From the NCBI RefSeq assembly GCF_020085105.1, contig NC_058054.1, positions 6,995,595 through 7,059,594 of the forward strand: a stretch of 64,000 nucleotides of DNA, given 5' to 3'. This DNA is from Siniperca chuatsi (taxonomy: Eukaryota). Under the pieces are notes generated by a model. It was given only the letters and a program-made list of their open reading frames with translations. It made no database searches and was not told where the DNA came from. Both the position numbers and the translations under genes were made by a program. The first letter of the stretch is position 1; each line of letters starts with the position of its first letter. Shown in pieces: positions 33,761 through 46,862 of this stretch.

Positions 33761-36116
33761 AGTATCCACAGCAGCACATATCACTTTAACTAACTTGATT
33801 TTAAGGACAAGCAACAAACAAAAGCATATGCAGAGGGGTTAAAACCAATACAGCTCGCTTGTTTTATTCCACTTTTATGAGGGAGGGTGTGACATGCAAC
33901 AAAGGCTGGAATCAAACTGGTTATGTGGCATGCGCTGTAACAATTCGGCTACCAAAGCTCTCCCAATAACAGCTTTTTCATTTCTACTTTGATAAAGTAT
34001 TGTACTAAACGACTTTCGCATAGCCTATAGTTAATCTGTTATGGCCCAATCGTGGGGAGATTTAACGTGGTCAGCACTTTGTGTCCACTTACTAGCTTTC
34101 GGAGCTTTAAAACACATTTCATGGTCTTTTTCAGAGTATGCTAAAAGCTAGTAAATGGAAAATTGAGCTTAGATTATAATGTTGCTTATTATTGTCATGG
34201 ATCAAATCTAAAACTGTTCAGTAAAATATAAATAAATGTTGTTACTGTCTGTTACTGTAAGTACTCATAATAGTCCTAAAAAGCAGATCAAAATCTTAAC
34301 TACTAGTTGAAAAGGATACTTAAGCACCTCTACTCCTCCATACTGCTTCACTGTGTTTATTGTACACTGTACTTTGTGCTGTATTGTATAGACACACGCT
34401 ATACCCTTCATTGTTTTTAACAACAATACCAGAGCAGATGTGGAAAAGTTGAGTTCCCCTTTGAGATTTAGTGTCAGGAAAAGTAAAACTGGTTCTTTCT
34501 TTCCACATTACCTTTAGCATATTTGTTAAGGGTGCCTGTAGGTAGACCAATTCAGATCAGAATATCACAATAACTAATGGAGGTTTCTCCCTGATGTCAC
34601 AAAAACAAAGTCCTTGTCTGTAAAGGAAAATCTTCATTCTTCATTTTCCAGAGTTTGCTCCTGTTGTTGAGCAGGGGCACGCCTTGCTTTAAAAGAACTA
34701 ACAGCAAAAGAAATGTAATCATTCTGAATCTCAGCATAGAGTTTCACAAGGCTCTAAACATAGTTTCACAGGCTTCTCCCCTTTTCATGCTCAATTGAAG
34801 TGCATAAAAGTTTATATATTTATATGCTGTAATCTCAGATACTGCGCCTTGTTAAGTGTACTGTTGCATTTGCGATGTTCTCTTTCATTATTTGTACTAT
34901 AAACTTCAGGAAATAAACCAAACCTTTCTTACTGGGAAACACAGGGGATGGAAACACCAGGAATATAACCAATCTGATAGGAATGTTAGATCACAATGTG
35001 CCCTTGGTTTTACTAGAATATTTGGAATAATGACAGCAAACTGTCTGTTTCTGTCGTCACACCAGGTGACACTGGATGGTGAAGTACATTGTTTACTTTG
35101 TTAGACAATAACTTATCACATGGCAGTATGAGCTACAATAAACTAATAACTGTATTTTTTTTTTACAAGTACTGTCTGAGAGTAAGGTACAATTTCCCAC
35201 AGATTATTAACTACTACTTCTCATTAAAAAACACAACCAGTTTAATCTTAGTTGAAGAGAGCTATTGTGAAATACAGCTATAATTCTGCTTTCTCTACTT
35301 CACTTTTAATTCGGCTCTCACTACTGCGTGTTTCTTTTCTTGAATTTGGGGCAGCTTATTACTAGACTGTAACTGCACTAGAACTGTATTTCTGGTCTAT
35401 TATTGTCTGTTTTTATTCTGTTTTATTTATCTCATTTTATTAAAGTTGTTCTAATGCATTTATTCGCCTTATGTAAAGCATTTTGAATTGCCTCTGCTGT
35501 GTCTAAACAAATAAACTTGCCTTACCTTAATATTTAAAAAAGAAAAGTAAAAAGAAAACTATCACCTGAAATCACTGACTTCACATTTAACGCGCAGATA
35601 ATCGAGTGAATTGTATAAGAAAATGTGTTGAAAGACAGCTAGTAACCTCACTTATAACCAATAGTGAAATCTGTTTTTTTTTTTATTTCAAAGTATATTT
35701 CAAACAGATTTTATAATTTTGGAATAAATAGCCTTTATTTCACTTTGTGAGTTTATATGAAAGTAGATAAAAAATGTGGGTAAACCAGAAGATAGCAGAT
35801 TACATTTTAAGTAGATAATGAACTATCTGTTAAAATATAAAGTGGATGAACAATCGAATAGGCCCACAATCTGTAATCCAAACTCTGAACTACAATAAAC
35901 TAAAATAAGGTGCTTTGTGAGGAACAAATCCTGTTCAGTAAACCAGAAACTGTATTCCTATCAAGAGTGCAAGGCTGGTTTTGGAAGAACTGCTTCCTGG
36001 AGACACCGTCCATGCATGTTGTTAGTCAGGTGAATTCTTTCCAGGCCACGCCCTCTTCAGGATACTGAAAGCCACCCCCTGCACCCCCACCACCGAGCAT
36101 CAGCCCTGCCTGCTGA

Positions 36117-36214
36117 TTTAAATACTTCCCTCAGCGATCATTTGCACACAGAGAAGCAGAAACAGCTGAAACAAGGACATTCCTGCAGCTCAACATTTGA
36201 CTTTTACGGCTTAA
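36117..36214 (+). promoter_or_regulatory. Candidate TATA-like promoter element (TTTAAATA at 36117-36124) and non-coding first exon of the DOMON-domain gene, ending at a GTAAGA donor at 36215
   Basis: TATA-like box about 30 bp upstream of a block with a CA initiator-like start. The donor is cttaaGTAAGA. The ATG exon follows after a roughly 630-bp intron. Confidence 0.3.
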
Positions 36215-36842
36215 GTAAGAAAACTTGATCAAATCACATTTCTATATTTGGATTCTCCTGAATGATTAATGTCACTTTTATTATTTATTTTCATTATTTT
36301 TTAAAGTTTAATAAGGTTAATTGAAAGAATATTAAGTAATAGTAACTAGATGATTTGAAAGACAGAAATCTGTTTTGCTGATTTTGGGTAAAGTGGAAAG
36401 TTTCTTTTACAGAATATGATGATGAATATAATTTAAATTCTAATCTATGAATACAGATTTTGTTTTTGTATAATTCAGCATCTTTTCACTGAACCAAATG
36501 TGCTTTCTTAGCAGAATTGTATGAATACAAATTTTAACTTCAGATATGTTATTAATGTTATTGGGTATGGATGTGCTAAGAAAAGTTTTAATGTAAGAAC
36601 AAAGGGTCGCACACTCTGGCTCCATATGCATTTCTCTTTTATTCAGATGACGTTTCGGCCCTTGGGCCTTCTTCAAGATCAACAGTCCTGAACAGTTTTA
36701 ATATCTCTAGGATTTATTAAGATTTTCCAACTTAAATTGAAGTCTATTGGTGATAGAAGGGCTCTCAAATCAGACCTTATTTGTCCGATTTTTTGACATT
36801 GACTTGATTATTTTTTGTTCATTTACTGTGCCCTCCTGTTAG

Positions 36843-36943
36843 GAATGGAACGAGGATTGATCCTGTTGGTTGCTGCACTGATGGCTTATGTGGCACCGGG
36901 TGTCCAAGGAACTGCTCAATTGTCATTTGCCAATAATACACAG
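36843..36943 (+). CDS. DOMON/reeler-like secreted protein gene, exon with ATG (36845) and signal peptide: MERGLILLVAALMAYVAPGVQGTAQLSFANNTQ
   Basis: Hydrophobic core with an AxA/VQG cleavage-like site. GTTGGA donor at 36944. Confidence 0.6.
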
Positions 36944-38021
36944 GTTGGATCTAATTCACTTTAATCGTCTCAGTGTAAATACCTGCTTGACCTTTGTACT
37001 TTAAACAGATAACTATAATATTTGTTTAACTATCACTTTCAAGTTGTGTTTCCTTTTGAGCTTTAACAGCATCTGTTTGGCTTGATTCAGTATTTTTTAT
37101 TCGTTTATAAAAACTTTCCAAATCCATTTTTTAAATGTAACACCTAAACAATACAAGGGTTTATGTCGGGTTCTTTATACCTGGTTACTGATCATTTTTA
37201 GTTGATATTGTGTTAACATCTGCATATTGAAGTATCAAAATCTGCCACATTTCCTGTGTTTGGACTTCTCTTTTATTGAGAAATGTTGATCAGTTTGTGG
37301 TGCACATGTTTTGGGTCCTTTTCCGATAAACAGCTTCTGGTTTTAAAGGGATACTCCAGCAATCTCACTATTGCACATCCAGAAAGTTGAGGAACTCACA
37401 GGGAACAGATTTTAAAATGGTCAAAATTGATGGAGTAGAGGCAGAGATATTCTGACTTTTAGTCCCTAGAATGGGTCAAGATCCAAAAAATGCTGGATCC
37501 TACACTTCACACAATGCAACTCAATAGTATCTTTCTTTAGTTGACATCTCAGAGTTTAGAAAGACATTACACAACAGCTTCAACAGGCTGATCAGTACTC
37601 AGATTCACGTATAACCTGAAATTCTTATGTAAAATTGGTGCCGTGCCCATTTAACTCAGCAGCGCTATCTCAGTCAACCTGCTTCTTGGAGCAGCCATTG
37701 CCTGACAAAGTCAATTTTACACATTTTTACACATCAAAACAAACACCAAGCAGATTCAGCTAAGTAATGACTCCTTTCTCACTGCTGTACAGGGCAAAAA
37801 GAAGTGTTTAAAATAACAGATTTCAGCTTTAAAAGCAAATCATTCCATTGGAGGTATTATCAAAAATGTATAAGTTGTAGTTTTACCACAAAATATTTTC
37901 ATGACCCAACTGGAGAACAGATTTTAGTCCAGTGAGAGTAGGTGCAAATGATTTAAGCCCTTAAATGTCTACTCTTGTGACTTGGTGTATTAATGACAGC
38001 GTGCGTGTGTTTGTCTACCAG

Positions 38022-38234
38022 GTGAACATCACTCGGGCTGGTTGTAGAGTCAGCAAACTGTGTGTGGAGACACCAGCTGACTGTGATCCTACTGGAAACA
38101 ACAGCTGTCTGTTTGCGTCTGTGGTCGCCAGCACCCCAGTGGCTCCCAACGGCACTGAACTGTCCATCGAACTCAGCGGAGCCTCCAAGGGATACATCGC
38201 ACTGGGACTCACTGCGAAAGCTTCAGCGGTAACA
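38022..38234 (+). CDS. DOMON-like gene exon 2 (213 nt, phase 0): VNITRAGCRVSKLCVETPADCDPTGNNSCLFASVVASTPVAPNGTELSIELSGASKGYIALGLTAKASA
   Basis: ctaccag acceptor and GTAACA donor. The motif pattern C..C...DCDP....SCLF...............ELSG...GY.A.G is typical of DOMON/reeler-type domains (FRRS1 family). Confidence 0.6.
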
Positions 38235-38449
38235 CACACACACAAGTACTAGTGTAATAATCCAGTTACCAGTTGTGGCCAATTTCAAACATGTTTTTGC
38301 TAAATTGGACACATAATTGTAGCTCACGTCATTTTTGTTTTAGCAGGACGTTCTTCAAAATATGTGACACATAATGGACACAAATCTGTCTTACCGGTTA
38401 CCTTTTAAGATGCTGAGTCCCAAATATACAGTCTATTGTCCAAAATCAA

Positions 38450-39731
38450 GGGCTGGATCCTCCAAAGGACTTAGGTATGCCCCTTCAGAGGACCTCCTCC
38501 TCTTCCCCAAATGAGACAGTATAGATTCACAGAGACCAAATCTAATGCTGTGTTAGGCAGCCATTGTCTTGTTAGGTCAAAGATTTCCACAAGGAAGTTG
38601 CCCTTTATCTGCCAGTGGCAGTGGAGACTGAGAAGTTGTCTAATACCTGATAGACATAGGAAAATATTTTACCATGTTAATGATACTGTATCCATTTTTA
38701 TGTGACGCCTAGGTGTCCAACAAAAGCAGAAGCAAATTCACTTCCTTCTTTATTTATACTTTTATTGATTGAATGCAAACACCTGTCGTTAAATACGACA
38801 TGGCCATGTGGCTTGTATTGACTTTATAGCTATTAATTAAGTTGACTGAATAGTCCATTAAACAACTGACCTGTATTTATTTTATAATCAGATTCAGAAA
38901 TACTTCAGTATGACTAGAATCAGTGTAGCTTATTAGATGATTATGAGATGGTGGATATTGCACAGCAGTAATAGAAGTATGAATAAATATCCATAAATTA
39001 AACAGAGTATATTACACCAGAGTATTAAACAGAGTATATTGCACAATATTTCAACTATGACGCTCTGTGGTGCATTTTGGGGGATGAGTCTTCCGCTGAA
39101 GGTACTCCTTTGTTTGACCAGCACGTCATGGAGCGGGTGGGAGACACTGTCCAAGATGGCGTGTAGTTTGGCCAGCATCCTCCTCTCTGACACCACCGAC
39201 AGAGAGTCCAGCTCCACCCCCACAATGTCACTGGCCTTACGGATCAGTTTGTTGAGCCTGTTGGCGTCCGCTACCCTCAGCCTGCTGCCCCAGCATGCAA
39301 CAGCATACAGGATAGCACTGGCCACCACAGACTCATAAAACATCCTCAGCATTGTCCGGCAGATGTTGAAGGACCTCGGCCTCCTCAGAAAACAGAGGCA
39401 GCTCTGGCCCTTCCTGTAAACAGCTTGAGTGTTCTTAGCCCAGTCCAGTTTGTTATCCAAGTGTACTCCCAGGTACTTGTAGTCCTCCACAATGTCCACA
39501 CTGACCCCCTGGATGGAAACCGGGGTCACTGGTGCCTTGGCCCTCCGTAGATCCACAATCAGCTCCTTAGACTTTGTTGCATTGACCCCGGTACTGAAGG
39601 CAGGAATACATTGTGTCATTTATAAATTTATAATTTGGACAAAAGGCTCAATTTATCTGCCTATACATGGAGGAGCCTTTCAATCCATTATGTTTTCTGT
39701 ATAAACACATGGACTTTGGAGGATCCAGCCC
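38450..39731. mobile_element. Unit bounded by a perfect 18-bp inverted repeat (GGGCTGGATCCTCCAAAG at 38450-38467; reverse complement at 39714-39731). It encloses a LINE (L2/CR1-like) ORF2 C-terminal fragment.
   Basis: The inverted repeat can be read directly. The minus-strand ORF at 38933-39619 translates to ..YLGVHLDNKLDWAKNTQAVYRKGQSCLCFLRRPRSFNICRTMLRMFYESVVASAILYAVACWGSRLRVADANRLNKLIRKASDIVGVELDSLSVVSERRMLAKLHAILDSVSHPLHDVL.., a typical fish non-LTR retrotransposon RT C-terminus. Confidence 0.6.
38933..39619 (-). mobile_element. LINE (L2/CR1-clade) reverse-transcriptase C-terminal fragment in intron 2 of the DOMON-like gene
   Basis: 228-aa ORF with the conserved LINE ORF2 C-terminal motifs listed above. 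It is truncated and has no upstream RT core. Confidence 0.65.
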
Positions 39732-40479
39732 CTGAATTGTGACCATGGATGTATTATTATACATCAATGATTGGGACATAGCACGTAATACAATTTCTCC
39801 TCCATGTTTGAAAAGGGCAACAGGTGCTATATGGCTGCAATGTTTTCACAGAAGAGTAATAAACTGGTGTCTTATTACTGGATGACGTTATAGTGGAACA
39901 GTATTATCATGCTATGATGTTTCACCTGCTGTAACACACAGTTAAATGTAGCGTTAACTCCACATTACCGAGATACCAAGTGTAACGTCTCGTACATTAA
40001 AACTAAAACAAAACAAAAAAGAAACTCACAAAATTCCAACTGTCATCATTAACTGTCCAACTACCTAGCAAAGCTAACGAGCTAGCATTGTGAAGACACA
40101 CATTGCAAACCTGTCTGTGAAGAATGTACATAGTGCTAGCATCCTGTGGACCAAACAATAGGTGGTAAAAGGTTAAACCTGGACAGAAAAATCACAGGCT
40201 TGTTACTTACAGCTTTCCAGAACTGTGCAATGAACTTGACATGAACACACAATGACATGAATTAACAGGAAAGTAAAAAATAATGCACGATGGCTCCAAA
40301 ACATTCACAGGTGAACACACAGACAAAACAAGGAGGTCTGGAAACTAAACTATTGTCTGGACTATTTCATCAATTTATTTACTTATTTCCAGCCTTAACA
40401 AAGACACTGTATAATGGTCTTTTATTGTCTGCACTTTAAGGAAACCATCTCATCCTTTCACCACGGTTTCTTTCCTTAG

Positions 40480-40590
40480 GGTACCACCATGCTTTTCATC
40501 TGTGCTCAAAACAGCTCCAACAATGGGACGTTCCTCTTCCGGACAAAACAGAGAAACAACACTGATGGTGTGCTCACTCCAACAGAGACG
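40480..40590 (+). CDS. DOMON-like gene exon 3 (111 nt): GTTMLFICAQNSSNNGTFLFRTKQRNNTDGVLTPTET
   Basis: tttccttag acceptor and GTGAGG donor. Confidence 0.55.
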
Positions 40591-40844
40591 GTGAGGCCTC
40601 ATATTTACTGTCTATACATAGAGGGATGAAAAATGTATTTAATCCATTCTTCATACGTAAGGAAATTTACTTGTTTATGTTATATGAAACAAAGGATGAA
40701 CAGTAAATATAATACATGCACTTAAAAATGATTAAAGACAATTTTATATAATTGGTTATGATAAAAAAAAAAATCTAAATATTTTGAAAATAAATGTTAA
40801 ATGAATGCATTTATTTAACAAACATAAAAATGATTTTTTTTCCC

Positions 40845-41140
40845 TCAACCTTTCAGACAGGGATTATTTTCTATCAAATCATTCAAGTTAAAATAAACTT
40901 GCAGAGACTTGAAATTTAAGACACAGATGATATACAAATTAAAGGAAAACCCAGCATAAAATGTCTTAGTAAGGTGTCTGGCCACCACGACTCTCTTTTG
41001 GATCAATGAGCACAATTTTTCCAAAAGATATTCCCTCATTTGGTGTTTTGATGATGGTGTTTTCGAGACACATTGCTCCAAAATCTCCCATCGGTGTTCA
41101 GTCGGGTTGAGATCTGGTGACTGTGAAGGCCATAGCATAT
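40845..41140 (-). mobile_element. Tc1-like transposase C-terminal fragment in intron 3 of the DOMON-like gene
   Basis: The minus-strand ORF reads ..[51 protein letters not shown]... [13 protein letters not shown] is the Tc1/mariner DDE-region signature. Confidence 0.7.
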
Positions 41141-41358
41141 AATTCCCACCATTTTAATACTCATCAAATATGCCTTTGACACCCATCTGTGGGTAATCAA
41201 ATGTCAAAAATGACATCATAGTCCCATAGTAACATGTACAAGTGATATATACCATAAGTGGTATTTAAATAATTTCTTCTGCATATTCTGTGTGTAATTA
41301 CATGTTGCTGTATTTTCTTCTTATTTCACAGTACTCATATCTTGCTTTATTTTTCTAG

Positions 41359-41500
41359 AGCGTGACAGAAATCCGAGGCACGGTGAAAGGCAATGTGATC
41401 CAGTGCGAGTTCAACGTCCCTAACGTGAACGCCAGCAGGACCAGGACCAGCCCTGATACCACCTTCTCCATCCTCATCGGGACTGGAACTTTTGATGGAA
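41359..41500 (+). CDS. DOMON-like gene exon 4 (142 nt, ends phase 1): SVTEIRGTVKGNVIQCEFNVPNVNASRTRTSPDTTFSILIGTGTFDG
   Basis: tttttctag acceptor and GTAAGT donor. Confidence 0.55.
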
Positions 41501-42022
41501 GTAAGTGGACGCACATTAACAGACACTGTAAATAATATGATTTTGGTTCACAACATGATTTCCCTGTAGAAACCTGGTTTAGAAGTTACACAGTATTTGT
41601 AGATCATGTATTTCCCCCTGAGAATACTACTTGTTATTACATATAGTTTAAATTTAATGTACAACCAAAAACAGTGGTGTGTATTTACTGAGGACAAATT
41701 GGCCATAAATAGAAAAATAAGCTTTACTGTATGTTTTCCCATGCCAGTACATCAGTTTACTGGTATAAATGCCAAGACAATTATTGTTTTCACCCTGTAG
41801 GCATAAATAAAAATCAACTAATGATATCATCACAGGTTTAAGCTTAGCCACCCTTTCTTCTCCAGAAATACAGAAGGATCTACTGCTTTACATTCAATTT
41901 CAACTGTAAATTAAAGTGAATTAAATGCCATTTTATTGTGACTTTAAGCTACTCACCCACACAGCTGTCAGTGACGACATGTCTAACCTCCCACTGCTCT
42001 GTCCCCTCATGTAATTGTTCAG

Positions 42023-42139
42023 CTGATTTTGGTCCCTTCAACATCTCCCGGGACAGCGGTCCTCTGAACCTCGCCGACCCGACCAGCAACGCCACCACAA
42101 CGGCACCTACGGGATCCAGTGGAGCTGTCCACCCTCAAG
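42023..42139 (+). CDS. DOMON-like gene exon 5 (117 nt, phase 1 in and out): (T)DFGPFNISRDSGPLNLADPTSNATTTAPTGSSGAVHPQ
   Basis: ttgttcag acceptor and GTAAAC donor. Ser/Thr-rich stalk. Confidence 0.55.
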
Positions 42140-43128
42140 GTAAACAACGTTTTAAATTTGCACTTTAGTTTAAGCTCTTCAGATGCTCTAGTTCAGAAGG
42201 ATTTGGTGTCCTAATTTAACACATTTGAGAGAAATCTCTATGGATTGAACTGCAGTATAACGATAACATTTAGCATGCCGATTAAAAAATGTGACTACTA
42301 TGAATAGATAAAATCACAATTTACATGAGTTGTTTGATAGTTCATGTTCAGAAGGATGTGTAGTACTGTAGCCTGCAAGAAATATTTTTAGGGCCATAAA
42401 TAAGAGATAACGAGATAAGGAGAAAACCTCTAAAATTTGTTAAAGAGAAGGAAAATAAAGCTGTTTATTAGCTTTCACCTGAAATAATTAAATAAATGTA
42501 TAGACTGGATTAAACTTCTATCACATTCAGTTAGTTGCAGAATGACAGATGTTCCTTTGAATATTGGTTCATTCTATTCGACCACTGTGGCAAATAAATG
42601 TTACAAAATATTCATGATTAAACTGTGTTTTTCTTACAGTGATTAAAATTTAATTATTAAAAGGGTCAGTTCACCCAAATTACAAAAAAAACCAAAAACA
42701 TATTTTCTCTCTTACCTCTAGTGGTAGCCATGTAGATAATTTGTATTTTATTTGTCCAGTTTCTGCCTCCACCCCAACACAATGGAGATGTGGTGCTCAA
42801 AAGATTGCACAATGACATTTAAAAAGTTCCCCAGCAACATGTCTGTCCAGAAACAATGTCTCAAATAGTCTCAATAATCCAAAGACCTTACTGGGAACCG
42901 TTTTTATTGCAACTACTGTAGAACTAGTTCCAATGAAAACTGTTAGCGAGGATTATTACTGACTAGAGAATATATATATACCAAGAAAAAATAGAGTTTT
43001 GTAATTGGGCTGATCCGTTACAAACCTCACTGCACTGAGCTGCCGTGTCATTAAAGAATAAACAGAAGAGGAAGGGCTTAATGAACAAACTTGTTTTTAT
43101 AAACACCTTTTGTCTCTTTCACTGCCAG

Positions 43129-43181
43129 CTGTGCTGCTCTTGCTGAGCGTCCTCACACTGTCCGTCATGCTGAGAGCCTGA
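43129..43181 (+). CDS. DOMON-like gene terminal exon: (A)VLLLLSVLTLSVMLRA*, a hydrophobic C-terminus consistent with a GPI-anchor signal
   Basis: actgccag acceptor and TGA at 43179-43181. An AATAAA signal lies 35 nt downstream (43216-43221). Confidence 0.55.
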
Positions 43182-43215
43182 GAAGTCCAGGAGGAAGTTG
43201 TGGCCAGTTGAATAC

Positions 43216-43221
43216 AATAAA
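43216..43221 (+). terminator. AATAAA polyadenylation signal of the DOMON-like gene
   Basis: Canonical hexamer 35 nt after the stop. Confidence 0.5.
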
Positions 43222-45593
43222 GACGGCTGATGCACAGAGAAAAATTGAGTATTACTATAGTAATACAAGCTATACTTTTACTTTTTTATTTTTTTTTATT
43301 TTACTTGTTTATACAAGTTAAAAACAAATTATATTCATAAGGAATTTGGACTTCTTGTGTTAGTAATCTAATTATTTAATTTTCTGCATAGGACTACAGG
43401 AAGTGTGTTGTTATTCCAGTTTTGCACTAAAATTTACATCATCAACCGACCCATCTGGCGACACAAGGAGTGTCTGCAAATGCACATTTACAGACTTGGG
43501 CGTAACACATTTGAGCCATTTACCTGAACATCCTGGAAAACTCCAACCAGGATGGTTATTATCTTTTAATATTGACATGTGATTGTACTGTGATAATTGT
43601 TTAAAAGGGACAGCTAAAAAGGTTCATGTATTGTAAATTAATAAAAGTTGAAACCATGATTTGTTTGTTTGTGGCATCATATCATTGACATCTCCTCCTT
43701 GAAAAAAAATGCAGCAAGAGAACAAGAAGGAAACCAAACCAAAGCTTGACTAGAGCTGCAGCTAACAATTATCTCAATTACTGAATAAAATGTGAAAAAT
43801 ATATAACTTATATAAAACAAAAAGCAGCCAATCCAGCAGGCAATGTTTGTCATTTTTCCTTTAAAAATTACTGTATTATAAAATTAGTTGCAGATTTAAT
43901 TTTTTATTTTTTAGACCAACTGACTAATTGTTTCAGCTCTACATGACATCACCTGTCAACATCTGCACGCTTTACTCCTTCACAAAGAAAAATAAATGTT
44001 GCTAAAAGCCGCTATACATTATAATTTCAGATCGTTCCAGACAAAAACTGACAATTATAAGAGAAACATGATGAAATTTCTGGTGGCCAGTCCAAAACGA
44101 TGGTCCTAAAGTCAAACTAAGACATGCTCACCAACGGCAAGATTCAAGAGCTTTGGCGAACAAAACCTCAGAAATCTGACAGTGTCACAAATTTAGGACC
44201 AAATTCTCAGTGTGACTGCTGGGACAACCCCAAACTACACACCAACCAATTGGAGTTTGGCATAACATGATGCAGAATACACCGATGCAACATTGTAAGG
44301 GCAAAGCTTGTAACGTTCAATAAACCCGCAAAGTCTCCATTATTAGTTTAATACAGTATACTGAAATTTTCATACCATTGCAACCCTAATGGCACTGTGT
44401 AGGGGCTTTATTTACTTTTGTGAACTCTAACTTGGGCTTGTATATTTTTGAATCTTTGGCCATTGGTTCTAACAGTTATGACATCACTGTACTCAAAGTT
44501 AATGCTGAGATCTGGAATACGCCAACAGCGGGAGTCAGGTGATCACACAGGTTGTAAACAAGCCAACAACTAGCAATTAATCTGGAGGTTAAACTGAGTA
44601 CACACCTGTAGCAAGTAGTGTAGGTCAATGTTGAACTAAGACGGAGTGTCTGTAAACTATGATGATGTTTACAACAAACCGTTTGGGTTATAATCTTACT
44701 GTTCGCCTTTGTTTTCTCGCCTAATAAATGTGACTGTGGGCCTGGATGCAACCTGTACGGTCGTCTGACTGCTTGAGCTGGTTGCCCCCTTGGATCTTTT
44801 TATTTAGACTGGCACAGAACGAGATCTCGATTACTTTGGTGATTACAGCGTTCTCATAACCCTCAAAAGAACCGGTGGCCAAAGCTTCAAAATCTAATTC
44901 CAAGTTGTAAATAAAAATAAACCGTGGTTTTCCTTTAAGCTCTCAAGGAGAAGGAAGTGCTTTTTTATTATTAAAAACTTTACTGGTTTGTGAATTAATC
45001 GTAGTCCATCGGTTTAGTTGATTTCATTTCAACTAAAAAAAAATCCAATTTTCTTCCCAGAAATCACCAAGGCAGTTTATGGCAGAAAAAAAAACAAAAA
45101 AAACCAAAAACCTAAAAAGTGCTTTCCATTTTAATATTTTATTGCAATTTATTCCTTTACAGTTAAACTGAATAGTATAAAAAAAAACCTTGACATTAAG
45201 ATACAGACACACAAGGTCAAACAAACTCACGATGAAGAAAAATACATTGAACCTAAAAAAACAAAAACAAAAAAAACAACGGTCTTTTGTAGCAGAGTGT
45301 TCGTCCTCACATTAAGACATGTCCGTCGAGCTGTCGTCTCTGAGAACATAGTTTCCACCTTCTCCCGAAGACACATAACAACGCAGTAAAAACACAAACC
45401 GGAACCTACGGCTAGTTATTCCTGTTACAGTGATAAAATGAGCAACAACAAAAAAAACGGCTTCAGGGACAATGGACAGAGTGTGTGCACCATGCTCGTT
45501 TGCTTTTTGTATCTACAATATGAGTGTTAAAACAGGAGTCCGAGTTCCTACTGGAAGCGGTGTGTACGCTGCATGCGTCGGGGTCGTCCATGC

Positions 45594-45698
45594 CTACGAG
45601 TCGTCTTCGCCGTTTACACTGTCACCATCGTCGTCACCTTCCACGTGCTCTCCTTCCTCTTCCTCCTCCTCTTCATCCTCCCTCTCTTGACTCTTCAC
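45594..45698 (-). CDS. hnrnpc: hnrnpc terminal exon: VKSQEREDEEEEEEGEHVEGDDDGDSVNGEDDS*
   Basis: ctgtag acceptor (minus) and TAG stop at 45596-45594. The C-terminus ...NGEDDS matches the vertebrate hnRNP C end exactly. Confidence 0.8.
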   Translation of the reverse strand: MKSQEREDEEEEEEEGEHVEGDDDGDSVNGEDDS

Positions 45699-46698
45699 CT
45701 ACAGTTTGTATGAGTGACAGATGATTTAGTGGTGAAATGGGATAAACTTAAGACCACGTAACAACAGCAGTGGGTCATAATGTAATAAACACTTCAAACC
45801 TCATGGCCAGGAATGTGTTTGTGAAGAGATTACTTTTAGAATTACACAAAAAACACTTGTGTGCTACTATTGGCGTTGAAAAGTATCTAGAGCTGCAACT
45901 AAGGTTTTTTTTTTTTTTTTTTAAAGTAGTTTTCAACATGGCCAGACAGATACAGGATATGAGGTGGAGAGTTTAAAAATATATCGTCCAATATGTGTTT
46001 TTTCAAACATGCGACCATGACACATGAGCTGGACATTTTACAGTTGAAAAATCAACGTGTCGTTGCTCTTTGCGCTGGACAAAGTATGTCATGTGGAAAC
46101 TGGTTCGAAGGTACTTCAAACTTCAAACAAACGCGTTTTTGTACTGAAATTTTCTTGTTACTTTTCGGCCGACAGATACCGAAACGAGATATATCTGCAA
46201 TAGGCTAATAGTGGCTGATGTATTAGGCTGGCTGATTTATCAGTCTCTCTCCAGTTGTCAATTTTTCGATTAGTTGATTAATCGTTTGTCTATTGTGTAT
46301 AAAAAAATAAATAAATAAATAAAAAAAATAAATTTAAAAAAAATCACAATTTCCAACCTATAGTTCAAAACCCAAAGATATTACAGTTATAATTATATGA
46401 AAACAAAGAAAAGCAGCGAATTCTCATATTAGAGAAGCTGGAACCAGCAAATGTTTTGCTTGATATGGACTTAAATTATATTATCATATAAATATATTTT
46501 AAGGGTTACACCAATATACTGGTTTGCCAGCACTGGTGAACAATATCCAATACATTTCAGTTTGAGTGTTCAGTGTACGCACCGAAAACTTGACATTTTA
46601 AAAAAACGTGTTGACATGAAATGGAATCGATAGATTAACAGTAGAGGAAACGTTTGTGCATCCCTGGTCAGAGTCAACCTTTTTTTTTCTCGTCTCAC

Positions 46699-46862
46699 CT
46701 CTTCCTCCTCCAGCAGGTCTCCCTCCTCTTCTTCATCGTCGTCCTCGTCCGAGTCGTTCATCTCCTGGCTCTCCCGGTCTCTCTTTATCCCCTCATCCTT
46801 CTTGTTGCTTGGGTGCGGAGGTGAAGTCACCTCTCCTGGCTCCGTTTTTATACTCTTAGCTT
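46699..46862 (-). CDS. hnrnpc: hnrnpc exon 6: EAKSIKTEPGEVTSPPHPSNKKDEGIKRDRESQEMNDSDEDDDEEEEGDLLEEEE
   Basis: gtccggcag acceptor and GTGAGA donor (minus). Acidic region with an EEGDLL motif, as in hnRNP C. Confidence 0.75.

Noticed and set aside
34320-35283. Small ORFs of 60-82 aa on both strands
   Set aside because: They lie in an intergenic repeat-rich region with no motif or splice support.
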